This document shows, piece after piece, positions 21,832-30,607 of a stretch of 64,000 bases of DNA. The DNA comes from Solirubrobacterales bacterium. GTDB lineage: Bacteria > Actinomycetota > Thermoleophilia > Solirubrobacterales > 70-9. The notes beneath the pieces were generated by a model. That model was not told the DNA's origin and did not search any database. It saw nothing but the letters and a program-made list of their open reading frames with translations. Position 1 is the stretch's first letter; each line of letters starts with the position of its first letter. Where the stretch lies: the NCBI GenBank assembly GCA_044865945.1, contig JBIOTO010000119.1, forward strand, positions 1,544 through 65,543. The letters run 5' to 3'. A program made the translations under genes and the position numbers.

Positions 21832-23162
21832 CGTCGGCCAGGAACCGGGAGCTGCTCGCCCTGGTTCCCGTCGCGATCCTGCTCACCGCGGGGTTCGCCG
21901 GGGTGTTCTCCCAGGAGAACGAACAGCTGGGCAACCTCAGCCTCATCTACGGGGCCTACTTCCTCGCGGTCTGCCTCGCCACCCACGTCTTCCTCCGGAT
22001 CCGCCTGCCCAACGCCGACCCCTACCTCTTCCCCCTGGTCGCCACCCTGACCGCCTTCGGGCTGGTGATGGTCTACCGGATCGACGAGACCCTGGCCCGC
22101 GACCAGGCCAACTGGTTCGTCCTCGGACTGGTCCTCTTCGCGCTGACGATCACCTTCCTGCGCGACTACGAGGTGCTTGAGCGCTACCGGTACACGATCG
22201 CGATCGCCGGCCTGCTGCTGCTGCTCGCGCCGCGGGTGCCGGGGATCGGCCAGCAGGTCAACGGCGCCTACCTGGGGGTGAAGATCGGCCCGATCGCCTT
22301 CCAGCCGGCCGAGTTCACCAAGATCGCGATCGTCATCTTCCTCGCCAGCTACCTGCGCGAGCACCGCGAGGTGCTGATCGTCGGCGCCCGCCGCGTGCTC
22401 GGCGTCACCCTGCCGCCGCTGAAGCACTTCGGGCCGATGCTGGTGGTCTGGGGAGCGTCGATGTTCATGCTCGTCTTCATCCGCGACCTCGGCAGCTCGC
22501 TGATGTTCTTCGCCGCCTTCCTGGCGCTGCTCTACGTCGCCACCGGGCGCTTCTCGTTCGTCGTCATCGGCATGGCGATGTTCCTGGTCGGCGCCTGGTT
22601 CTTCGCCAGCACCGTGCCCCACGTCCACGACCGGATCGAAATCTGGCTCCACCCCTACAACGACCCGCAGGACACCGGGTACCAGATCCTCAACTCGATC
22701 TTCGCCCAGGCCGACGGGGGGCTCTTCGGCAAAGGGTTCGGGCAGGCGCTGATCGTCGTCCCGGGGACGAACGACGCGCTGTTGCCGGCGGCCCAGACCG
22801 ACACGATCTACTCGCTGATCGTCAACGAGGTCGGGCTGTTCGGCGCCTGCGGGGTGATCCTCGTCTACCTCCTGGTCGCCGCCCGCGGCTTCAAGATCGC
22901 CCTGCTCGCCAACGACGGCTTCTCGAAGCTGCTGGCGACCGGGCTGACCGCGGTCTTCGCGATCCAGGCCTTCGTGATCGTCGGCGGCGTCACCAGGGTG
23001 ATACCGCTGACCGGCGTCACCCTGCCCTTCATCAGCTACGGCGGCAGCTCGATCGTCGCCAACTTCGTGCTGCTGGCGCTGCTGCTTTTGATCTCCGACC
23101 GGGCCCGGCGTGAAGCCGCCGAACCGGCGAGGCGGATGGCGATCGGTGGGGCCCCGGCGTGA
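21828..23162 (+). CDS. rodA: SEDS-family peptidoglycan glycosyltransferase (RodA/FtsW)
   Basis: This is the C-terminal 444 codons of the artefactual 1386-aa ORF. It is multi-TM with SEDS motifs (QPAEFTKIAIVIFLA, DLGSSLMFF, TDTIYSLIVNEVGLFG, GVTLPFISYGGSS). Its TTG start overlaps the pstP stop (TTGA). Confidence 0.85.
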   Translation: MTSARNRELLALVPVAILLTAGFAGVFSQENEQLGNLSLIYGAYFLAVCLATHVFLRIRLPNADPYLFPLVATLTAFGLVMVYRIDETLARDQANWFVLGLVLFALTITFLRDYEVLERYRYTIAIAGLLLLLAPRVPGIGQQVNGAYLGVKIGPIAFQPAEFTKIAIVIFLASYLREHREVLIVGARRVLGVTLPPLKHFGPMLVVWGASMFMLVFIRDLGSSLMFFAAFLALLYVATGRFSFVVIGMAMFLVGAWFFASTVPHVHDRIEIWLHPYNDPQDTGYQILNSIFAQADGGLFGKGFGQALIVVPGTNDALLPAAQTDTIYSLIVNEVGLFGACGVILVYLLVAARGFKIALLANDGFSKLLATGLTAVFAIQAFVIVGGVTRVIPLTGVTLPFISYGGSSIVANFVLLALLLLISDRARREAAEPARRMAIGGAPA

Positions 23163-24622
23163 ATCGCCAGATCGTCAAATTGTTCGCCTTCATTGTCGTC
23201 CTCTTCGGCGTCCTGGTCGGCTTCACGTCCTACTGGTCGGTCTTCGACGCCGAGGCGCTGAAGGAAAAGGACGCCAACAAGCGGCCGTTGCTGGAGCAGC
23301 AGCAGATCCCCCGCGGCCGCATCCTCGCCGCCGACGGGACGGTGATCGCCAAGTCGGTGCCGAAGGGCAGGGGCGCCTCGAAACGCTACGTGCGGCGCTA
23401 TCCGGAGGGGTCGCTGTTCGGCCACCCGATCGGCTACAGCTTCGTCCGCCTCGGCGACTCCGAGTTCGAGCAGTTCCACAACAAGGAGCTGATCGGCGAA
23501 GGCTCCGAATTCAGCTCGATCGTCGACGAGCTGCTCGGCGAGCGCCAGGAAGGCAACGACATCGTCACCAGCATCGATGCCGACGCGCAACGCCTGGCCC
23601 TGACCGAGCTGCAGGAAGCCGGCTTCGGCGCCGTGGTCGCGATCGAGCCGAGCACCGGCGCGGTCAAGGTGATGGCCTCCAATGCCCCCTTCGACCCCAA
23701 CCGCGTCCCCTTCGAATACTCGAAGCTGAGCACGAACGAAATCGAAACGCCGCTGGTCAACCGCGCGACGCAGGGGCTCTACCCGCCGGGCTCGACCTTC
23801 AAGGTGGTGACCGCCGCGGCGGGGCTCGACAGCGGCGCGATCACGGCCGAATCGACGATCAACGCCCCCGGCACCCTGGAAGTCGAAGGGACGCCGCTGC
23901 AGAACGACTTCAACGAGGACTTCGGTTCGATCGCGCTGGACACCGCGCTGACCAACTCGGTCAACACCTGGTTCGGCCAGCTCGGGCAAGAGCTCGGCAA
24001 CGACACCCTCTTCCAGTACATGGAACGCTTCGGCTTCAACGCCACCCCGGCGATCGACCTGCCCGAAGACGAGGTCGAAGAGAGCGGGGTCTGGGACATC
24101 GAAAACAACGAACTGCTGACCGCGAACGATCCCGTCGACCTCGCCCGCCTCGCGATCGGCCAGGAGCGGCTGCTGGCGACGCCGCTGCAGATGGCCCAGG
24201 TGGCGGCGGCGGTGGCCAACGGCGGCAGGCTGATGAAGCCGCAGATCTGGAAGCGGGTGATCGACCCCGACGGCCGCGTCACCGAGACCATGGACCCCTC
24301 CGTCTACAGCGAGCCGATCAGCGAGGAGACCGCGGCGGAGCTGACCACGGCGATGGAAGGGGTGGTCAGCGAAGGGACCGGGACCAACGCGGCGATCTCC
24401 GGCGTGCCGGTGGCCGGCAAGACCGGCACGGCGGAAACGCCCGGCAACAAAGCCTGCGGCGGCGGGGTCGACGAGAACCAGGCCTGGTTCATCGGCTTCG
24501 CCCCGGCCGACGATCCGCAGATCGCGATCGCGGCCTCGGTCGAGTGCACGGAACAGTTTGGAAATGACGTAGCGGCGCCGATTTTCAGCGACGTCGCGGA
24601 AGCGATCCTGAACGGAGAATGA
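23159..24622 (+). CDS. pbpA: class B penicillin-binding protein (transpeptidase, PbpA-like)
   Basis: It has an N-terminal TM segment and the motifs SxxK (GSTFKV), SxN (NSVN) and KTG (GKTGTA). Its GTG start overlaps the rodA stop. Confidence 0.88.
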   Translation: MNRQIVKLFAFIVVLFGVLVGFTSYWSVFDAEALKEKDANKRPLLEQQQIPRGRILAADGTVIAKSVPKGRGASKRYVRRYPEGSLFGHPIGYSFVRLGDSEFEQFHNKELIGEGSEFSSIVDELLGERQEGNDIVTSIDADAQRLALTELQEAGFGAVVAIEPSTGAVKVMASNAPFDPNRVPFEYSKLSTNEIETPLVNRATQGLYPPGSTFKVVTAAAGLDSGAITAESTINAPGTLEVEGTPLQNDFNEDFGSIALDTALTNSVNTWFGQLGQELGNDTLFQYMERFGFNATPAIDLPEDEVEESGVWDIENNELLTANDPVDLARLAIGQERLLATPLQMAQVAAAVANGGRLMKPQIWKRVIDPDGRVTETMDPSVYSEPISEETAAELTTAMEGVVSEGTGTNAAISGVPVAGKTGTAETPGNKACGGGVDENQAWFIGFAPADDPQIAIAASVECTEQFGNDVAAPIFSDVAEAILNGE

Positions 24623-24631
24623 GGAGGAACG

Positions 24632-26479
24632 GTGGCTGAGGTCAGCGAGGGAAGCATCGTCGACAACCGCTACCGGGTCCTGCGCCGGATCGGCGGTGGT
24701 GGCATGGCCGACGTCTGGCTGGCCGAGGACACGCACCTGCAGCGGCAGGTGGCGCTGAAGGTCCTCCACCGACGCTTTCTCCAGGATCCCGAGTTCGTCG
24801 GTCGCTTCCAGCGCGAGGCCGAGCACGCGGCCGGGCTGACGCACCCGAACATCGTCGCCGTCTACGACCGCGGCTCCGACGGCGACGTCAACTACATCGC
24901 GATGCGCTACGTCCAGGGCCCGACCCTGAAGGAGCTGATCGACCGCGGCCTCAGCCCCGACCAGGCGGTGGCGCTGGTGCGCCAGGTGCTGGAGGGAGCG
25001 CGGTTCGCCCACCGCAACGGGATCGTCCACCGCGACCTGAAGCCGCAGAACGTGATCGTCGACGAAGAGGGTAAGGCGGTCGTCACCGACTTCGGCATCG
25101 CCCGCGCCGGGGTCTCGGAGATCACCCAGACCGGCTCGGTGATGGGCACCCCGCAGTACCTCTCGCCCGAGCAGGCGCAGGGCTTCGAAGTGACCCCGGT
25201 CTCCGACCTCTACTCGATCGGGGTGATCCTCTACGAGGCGCTGACCCGCCGCGTCCCGTTCGAAGCCGACAGCGCCGTGGCGATCGCGATGAAACAGGTC
25301 GCCGAGACGCCGATGCGGCCGAGCTCGATCAACCCGCAGGTCTCGCCGGCGCTCGACGCGGTGGTGATGCGGGCGCTGGAGAAGGAACCGGGCCAGCGCT
25401 TCCAGAGCGCCGACGCCTTCATCGCCGCCCTCGACGCGGCGCTGAAAGACCCCGGGGTGGCGCAGGGCACGGCGGCCTTCGCGACGGTCGCCCCGGTCGC
25501 CGAGGAGGAGGGGCCGCTGGAAGACCGCAAACGCAACTGGTGGCTCTGGGGGGCGCTGGTCGCGGCGATCCTGATCGGCCTGCTGATCGGCTGGGCGCTG
25601 AGCCGCGACACCACCACCGACGTCCCCAACGTCACCAACAAGCAGGTCGAATTCGCGATCGCCCAGCTCGAACGCAAGGGCTTCGACGTCGGCGAGGAAA
25701 AGTACGTCAACCGCGCGGTTCCCCGGAACACCGTGCTTGAGCAGGACCCGCTGCCTGGCTCGGCCGACGAAGACTGCTCCTTCCTCACCTTCTTCTGCTC
25801 GAAGCCGAGCGTCGACCTGACGATCAGCGCTGGGCCGGGCAGCGGCGAAGTGCCCTCGACCGCCGGGCTGAGCCAGGAAGAGGCGAGCGAAAAACTCGAA
25901 GAGGCGGGCTTCGAAGCCGGCGTCGAACGGGTCAACTCGAAGACGGTCGAGGAAGGGCTGGTGATCCGCTCCGAACCCGGCGGCGGCACCACGGCGACCA
26001 AAGGGTCGACGGTGACCCTGTTCGTCTCGCGCGGCCCGAAGCTGACCAAGGTGCCGGCTCTGGTCGGCAGCCAGCGCGGCGCCGCGGTCGAACGGCTGCG
26101 CGGCCGCGGCCTCGAACCAAGCGTCTCCGAAGAAGAAAGCTCCTCGCCCAAAGGCCAGGTCGTCAGCCAGTCGCCCGACGCCGGCAGCGAAGTCGAAGCG
26201 GGCTCGACCGTCGCGATCGTCGTCTCCAGCGGTGAAAAGGAGGAAACGGCCAAGGTCCCGAACGTGATCGGCAAGGAACGTCGCGAAGCGGTCGAACTTG
26301 TCCGCGGCGCCGGCCTCACCCCCAGCGTCGAAGAAGAAGAAACCGAAGTGCCGGGTCAGGTCGGGCGGGTGATCGACCAATTCCCGCCGCCGGGCAGCGA
26401 AGGCGAACCGGGCGACACGGTGACGATCACGGTCGGCAAGCGCGCCGCGGCCGCGCCGGAAGAAGGCCCCGAAGAATGA
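24632..26479 (+). CDS. pknB: PASTA-domain Ser/Thr protein kinase PknB
   Basis: It has a kinase domain (GGGGMADVW, VALKVL, HRDLKPQN, DFG, GTPQYLSPE), one TM segment and four PASTA repeats. A GGAGG Shine-Dalgarno sequence precedes the GTG start. Confidence 0.9.
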   Translation: MAEVSEGSIVDNRYRVLRRIGGGGMADVWLAEDTHLQRQVALKVLHRRFLQDPEFVGRFQREAEHAAGLTHPNIVAVYDRGSDGDVNYIAMRYVQGPTLKELIDRGLSPDQAVALVRQVLEGARFAHRNGIVHRDLKPQNVIVDEEGKAVVTDFGIARAGVSEITQTGSVMGTPQYLSPEQAQGFEVTPVSDLYSIGVILYEALTRRVPFEADSAVAIAMKQVAETPMRPSSINPQVSPALDAVVMRALEKEPGQRFQSADAFIAALDAALKDPGVAQGTAAFATVAPVAEEEGPLEDRKRNWWLWGALVAAILIGLLIGWALSRDTTTDVPNVTNKQVEFAIAQLERKGFDVGEEKYVNRAVPRNTVLEQDPLPGSADEDCSFLTFFCSKPSVDLTISAGPGSGEVPSTAGLSQEEASEKLEEAGFEAGVERVNSKTVEEGLVIRSEPGGGTTATKGSTVTLFVSRGPKLTKVPALVGSQRGAAVERLRGRGLEPSVSEEESSSPKGQVVSQSPDAGSEVEAGSTVAIVVSSGEKEETAKVPNVIGKERREAVELVRGAGLTPSVEEEETEVPGQVGRVIDQFPPPGSEGEPGDTVTITVGKRAAAAPEEGPEE

Positions 26480-27441
26480 AGGTCGCGGTTCTCTCCGGCG
26501 GGCGCTCGTCCGAGCACGAGGTCTCGCTGCGCTCGGGCGCGGCGGTGGCCGGCGGCCTGCGCGACGCCGGCCACGAGGTGGTCGAGGTGACGATCGCCCG
26601 CGACGGCCGCTGGAGCGCGCCGGGGGGGACGGTTGAGCTGGCGCCCGGAGCCGGGCTGCTGGGGGCGGACGCGGTCTTCCCGGCCCTGCACGGCGCCTTC
26701 GGCGAGGACGGCAGCGTCCAGGGCCTGCTCGAGTGCCTCGACTTGCCCTACGTCGGCTCCGACGTCCTCGCCTCGGCGGTCTGCATGGACAAGCTGACCC
26801 TGAAGCGGCTCTTTGCCGAGCACGGCGTGCCGCAGGTCGAGTTCGCCGCGGTCGAAGGCAACGACTGGTGGGGCCCCTGCGAAGAGCTCGGGCTGCCGCT
26901 CTGGGTAAAGCCCTCGCGGATGGGCTCAAGCGTCGGCATCACCCGCGTCACCGACCTGGCCGAGCTCGACGCCGCGGTCGAGCTGGCCCTGCGCCACGAC
27001 CCGCGGGTGATCGTCGAGGCCTCGGCCGCCGGCCGCGAGGTCGAGTGCTCGGTGCTCGGCAACGAGGACCCCCAGGCCTCGCTGCCGGGGGAGATCGTCG
27101 CCCACGCCGACTGGTACGACTTCGAGGCCAAGTACACCGAGGGCGGGATGGAGCTGCGCGTCCCGGCCCCGATCGGCGACGAGGCGATCGAGCGCGTCCG
27201 AGGCCTAGCCGTCTCGGTCTTCGCCCTCGCCGGCTGCTCCGGCCTCGCCCGCTGCGACTTCTTCGTCGAGCCCGACGGCGCCGTCCTCGTCAACGAGATC
27301 AACACCATGCCCGGCTTCACCGACACCAGCGTCTACGCCAAGCTCTTCGAGGCAATCGGCATCGACTACCCAACCCTCTGCGACCGCCTGGTCCAGCTGG
27401 CGGTCGAGCGCCACGAGCGCGCCCGGTCCTACGAGTTCTAG
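26476..27441 (+). CDS. ddl: D-alanine--D-alanine ligase
   Basis: It contains KVAVLSGGRSSEHEVSL, FPALHGAFGEDGSVQGLLE and an ATP-grasp core (VNEINTMPGFT). Its ATG overlaps the pknB stop (ATGA). Confidence 0.92.
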   Translation: MKVAVLSGGRSSEHEVSLRSGAAVAGGLRDAGHEVVEVTIARDGRWSAPGGTVELAPGAGLLGADAVFPALHGAFGEDGSVQGLLECLDLPYVGSDVLASAVCMDKLTLKRLFAEHGVPQVEFAAVEGNDWWGPCEELGLPLWVKPSRMGSSVGITRVTDLAELDAAVELALRHDPRVIVEASAAGREVECSVLGNEDPQASLPGEIVAHADWYDFEAKYTEGGMELRVPAPIGDEAIERVRGLAVSVFALAGCSGLARCDFFVEPDGAVLVNEINTMPGFTDTSVYAKLFEAIGIDYPTLCDRLVQLAVERHERARSYEF

Positions 27442-27632
27442 TCCGCCAGGGGCCGAGAACGAACCCGCAACGGCACCCACCGTCCCGTGAGTCGAGGTCC
27501 AGCAAGAGGGAAGGTCTCGAGCGCCCTTAGGGAGCGAGCGATGCGTCTCCAATGCGATGGAGGCAATTCGAGAGCGGCGGCCGCCGCGTCGATGTCGCGT
27601 CGCGCCTGAGCGGTGATGAGGACCTGTGCCAC
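27438..27632 (-). CDS. short ParE/RelE-like toxin remnant (64 aa, apparently C-terminally truncated)
   Basis: Its N-terminus (ITAQARRDIDAAAAAL...LRALETFPLAGPRLTG) resembles ParE-family toxins. The ORF ends inside the ddl 3' end, before the usual C-terminal beta strands. Its GTG start directly follows the antitoxin stop. Confidence 0.35.
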   Translation of the reverse strand: MAQVLITAQARRDIDAAAAALELPPSHWRRIARSLRALETFPLAGPRLTGRWVPLRVRSRPLAD

Positions 27633-27896
27633 CTAGGGGCCAAGGTCGTCGAGAGGCGTTCCCTTCCCCCGTTCAGCCTGTCTCAGCCCAATTTGCGTCT
27701 TCTCCCAAGCGCCCGGGATCGAGTCGAGGATCTCCGTGACGCGAGATGCATCCGGAGAGATTTCGTCGAGCGCGGTGGAGAGGAGGGACCGGGCGAGCGT
27801 CCCCTCCTGCATGTGAGCCCGCGCGGCCAGCTGGGCGAGCTTCTCGGCATGAGGCTCGTCGAGCGTCACGTTTACCCGTCTGATGGAAGCAGCCAT
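27633..27896 (-). CDS. ribbon-helix-helix (CopG-type) antitoxin-like protein
   Basis: RRVNVTLDEPHAEKLAQLAARAHMQEGTLARSLLSTAL has the RHH strand-helix-helix pattern. It lies upstream of, and abuts, the toxin-like ORF. Confidence 0.6.
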   Translation of the reverse strand: MAASIRRVNVTLDEPHAEKLAQLAARAHMQEGTLARSLLSTALDEISPDASRVTEILDSIPGAWEKTQIGLRQAERGKGTPLDDLGP

Positions 27897-27905
27897 GGAC
27901 CCAAT

Positions 27906-27932
27906 CTACACGTACATACACAGATCGTGTAG
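27906..27932. promoter_or_regulatory. 7-bp inverted repeat CTACACG-N13-CGTGTAG upstream of the RHH gene (candidate operator/promoter)
   Basis: Read directly. It lies 10-36 nt upstream of the antitoxin start codon, and the spacer is AT-richer than the surroundings. Confidence 0.4.
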
Positions 27933-27937
27933 TGCCT

Positions 27938-28846
27938 TCAGTAGGCGGTGTTGCGAGATCGCGGCCGCGGGAGCGACTTGTAGCGGCGATCGCGGCCGCG
28001 GTTCCAGAGGGCGCTGTCGATCTCGGCGGGGGTGAGGTCGCTGCTCGCCGCGAGGAGCTCGACCGTGTGGACGGCGCAGGCGCGCAGCTCGACCTCCTCG
28101 GGGGAGCCGTGGATGAGCAGCTCTCCGGCTTCGATCCGGGCGGTTAGGTCGGGGTCGAGCTGGAGGACGCCGTCGACGCGGAGGACGTGGGGGACGAGGT
28201 TGTCGGCGAAGGCGGTCAGGAGCTCGATGCCAGGGAGGTCGGCGACGCCGGCGCGGCGCAGGTCGGCCGCGGCCAGCTGGGCGCGCTTGAAGAAGGGGAC
28301 CTGGCGGTCCTCGTACTCCGAGACGTCGGCGAAGGAGTCCCAGCCGGCGAGGACCTTGGCCAGGGCGGGAATCGAGTCGGCTATCTCGACGACGCCGAGA
28401 TAGCGACCGCCGTGCTCGCCCTGGAGGCGCTCGCCGACGTCGCGCAGTGCCGCCGCGAACTTGGCCATCAGCGGGTGCTCGGGGTCCTGGCCGACCACGG
28501 CGGCTATCGCCTCGGCGTCCATCGCGCCCAGGTCGGCCGCGCTCCACGGCCCCACCTCGGCGAAGCGCTCCTCGACCCCCGCCGCCATCGTCGCGTAGCC
28601 GCTGTGACCGGGCCGCTTGCGGATCGTCGGCCACCAGCCGGAGCCGAAGTTGATCGCGTTCATGCAGATCGCGAACGCGGCCGCGGCTTCCGGGTCCGCT
28701 GGGAGGCCTGACTCCTCGGGATCCTCGCCGTCGAGGCCTCCCGCGTAGACCTCGACACTTCCTCGGTCGATGCGGACGAAGCGCGCTCGCTCGGCGACCC
28801 AGGCGCAACTGGCGCGCACTTCGTCTGGCAGGGAAACTGACCTCAT
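27938..28846 (-). CDS. queuosine salvage family protein (DUF2419 / QNG1-like)
   Basis: I recall these motifs from DUF2419: AICMNAINFGSGWW, FFKRAQLAAADL, LTAFADNLVPHVLR, GSPEEVELRACAVHTVE and DSALWNRG. I chose the start at MRSVSLPDEV (28846). Confidence 0.68.
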   Translation of the reverse strand: MRSVSLPDEVRASCAWVAERARFVRIDRGSVEVYAGGLDGEDPEESGLPADPEAAAAFAICMNAINFGSGWWPTIRKRPGHSGYATMAAGVEERFAEVGPWSAADLGAMDAEAIAAVVGQDPEHPLMAKFAAALRDVGERLQGEHGGRYLGVVEIADSIPALAKVLAGWDSFADVSEYEDRQVPFFKRAQLAAADLRRAGVADLPGIELLTAFADNLVPHVLRVDGVLQLDPDLTARIEAGELLIHGSPEEVELRACAVHTVELLAASSDLTPAEIDSALWNRGRDRRYKSLPRPRSRNTAY

Positions 28847-29315
28847 GACCAAGTCAGAGATACAGATTCGCGAGGCGACCGTGCGGGACGCCGCGGACAT
28901 CGCCCGCCTCCTGCACGACTTCAACACCGAGTACGAGGAGGAGACGCCGTCGGTGCCGGAGCTGACCCGGCACGCCGAGCGGATGCTGCGCGAGGGGGAG
29001 ATGACCGTGCTGCTGGCCGGGGATGGCCCCGACGGGCTGGCCCTGCTGCGCTTTCGTCCCTCGGTCTGGACCGATCAGCGCGAGGCCTACCTGCAGGAGC
29101 TCTACGTGGTGCCGGCGCTTCGCGGTCAGGGAATCGGCGAAGCGCTGATGCGCGAGGTGCTCGCCACCTGCCGCGCCAACGACGCCGCCTGGATCGAACT
29201 CAACACCGGCGAGAGCGACGTTGCCGCCCGCGGCCTCTACCGCAAACTCGGCTTCACCAACGAGGAAGGGCCGCAGGGCACGGCGATGCTCTATTACGAG
29301 CTGGAGCTCGATTGA
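28845..29315 (+). CDS. GNAT family N-acetyltransferase
   Basis: IREATVRDAADIARLL... and the acetyl-CoA motif LYVVPALRGQGIGEALM are present. I chose the start at MTKSEIQI. Confidence 0.8.
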   Translation: MTKSEIQIREATVRDAADIARLLHDFNTEYEEETPSVPELTRHAERMLREGEMTVLLAGDGPDGLALLRFRPSVWTDQREAYLQELYVVPALRGQGIGEALMREVLATCRANDAAWIELNTGESDVAARGLYRKLGFTNEEGPQGTAMLYYELELD

Positions 29316-30607
29316 TCACTCTCGGAATCCGGCGGGGCGAGTGCCTGGAGTTCATCCAACGTGACGACGACGGGCCCTTCCTCGACACGGTGGATGCCAG
29401 GCCCGTCGAGGCGGCACCGCAACGTGGCTTCGCAACTGCCATACGTCGGTAGCTGGTCGGGTGCCGGGAAGACGACGTCGTCCGATTCCTCGTCGAGCTG
29501 GGGCCAAGTCCACTCCTGCTCGGCTTCCATGTACTCGAGCCAGAGCCTGGTCAAAGGTGGCGGAAGCTCCGTGTAGGGTCGCGCCACCTCGTCGATTTCG
29601 CCGCAGCGGACAGCATCTTCGCCGCCGGGCTCCAAGGCCGGGGAGGAGCGTGCGAATGCAGAGGTTCCGCTCGCGGTTCCGACGATGACGATTTCTCCTC
29701 CCGCGACCCTCGAGGCTTCCGCGAACCGCAGAGTGCCCCGGTCGGCTTCCGCCTTTGCGACCCGCGCGGGCGCTCCATAGATGAGAACGGGTTCGTGCGC
29801 CTCTCCGACGATGGCCAGGGAGCGGAACCCAGTCCCGCAAGAGCCAGACGAGACCCAGGTCGAATCCGCGACGCGCTCTGCTTCGCCGCCACAGCCGGCG
29901 TCGATTGCTCCGTCGTGTTCGAAGAGCTCGCCAAGGCCGTAGCCGATGTCCCGGGGGTCGGGCAGCTCCGGGCAGAGCTCGCCGTAGGTGAGCTCCTCGC
30001 CTTCCCCGTCGGGTCCGGTGGACGAGTCCGAATCGTCGTCATCGTCCGAACCCCCACCTCCATCGCTCGGCGGGAGGGAGTGCCGGTAGAGCTCCACCGC
30101 CTCCATGCCGGCGTAGGCGAAGCCCGTGTATGAGACCAGGAGGATCGGGATCGTCAAGACGGCTGAGGCCATCGCTCCGATGTGAACCGGGCGTTTGCCA
30201 GCGCGACGGAGGCGCCTGTGCCTGGCTGCGAGAACTCCTGCGCGGCGGTAAAGAGCCCAGCAGGCGACGGCGCCGACCAGCGGCACTATCGCCGGTGGCT
30301 TCGAGAGTGCGCCGAAGGCGACGAGTATCGCGCCCAGGCCGATCCAAACCCGGGCGAGCATTGCCTGGGCTTCGCGCAGAGGGCGGTAGGCGTCTCGGTC
30401 AGCTCGGGGCCTCTGGATGCAGAGCGATACGGCGTAGGCGATGCCCGAAGTCAGCACCAGCGCTCCGAGGACGGGAAGGACGACCTGCTGCAGGCTGAAG
30501 AGCTGCAGCAGGAGGGTCAACGACCACGCGCTGATCCAGCTGCGCAGGATCTCCACGAGCAGCTCGTCGACGAATTTCCGAACCCGCCCTCCTTCCGTCC
30601 GGAGCAA
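29294..30607 (-). CDS. hypothetical membrane protein (about 4 TM, acidic linker, Cys-containing C-terminal domain)
   Basis: I recognise no domain. The N-terminal hydrophobic helices are followed by GGGGSDDDDDSDSS and then a roughly 230-aa soluble part. The start is TTG, and the codon usage looks somewhat less GC3-biased than in neighbouring genes. Confidence 0.5.
   Translation of the reverse strand: MLRTEGGRVRKFVDELLVEILRSWISAWSLTLLLQLFSLQQVVLPVLGALVLTSGIAYAVSLCIQRPRADRDAYRPLREAQAMLARVWIGLGAILVAFGALSKPPAIVPLVGAVACWALYRRAGVLAARHRRLRRAGKRPVHIGAMASAVLTIPILLVSYTGFAYAGMEAVELYRHSLPPSDGGGGSDDDDDSDSSTGPDGEGEELTYGELCPELPDPRDIGYGLGELFEHDGAIDAGCGGEAERVADSTWVSSGSCGTGFRSLAIVGEAHEPVLIYGAPARVAKAEADRGTLRFAEASRVAGGEIVIVGTASGTSAFARSSPALEPGGEDAVRCGEIDEVARPYTELPPPLTRLWLEYMEAEQEWTWPQLDEESDDVVFPAPDQLPTYGSCEATLRCRLDGPGIHRVEEGPVVVTLDELQALAPPDSESDQSSSSS

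Noticed and set aside
23036-26929. 1297-aa minus-strand ORF antisense to pbpA, pknB and ddl
   Set aside because: It has no recognisable domain and an Arg/Ala/Gly/Pro-dominated translation. It is fully antisense to three genes with complete catalytic motifs. Stop codons are rare in any frame at this GC content.
27205-27552. 115-aa minus-strand ORF overlapping the ddl 3' end as a possible continuation of the ParE-like toxin
   Set aside because: Its translation is simply antisense ddl, has no ParE C-terminal pattern (no ...Y.I.Y... or ...H.R motifs), and is in a different frame with no plausible junction.
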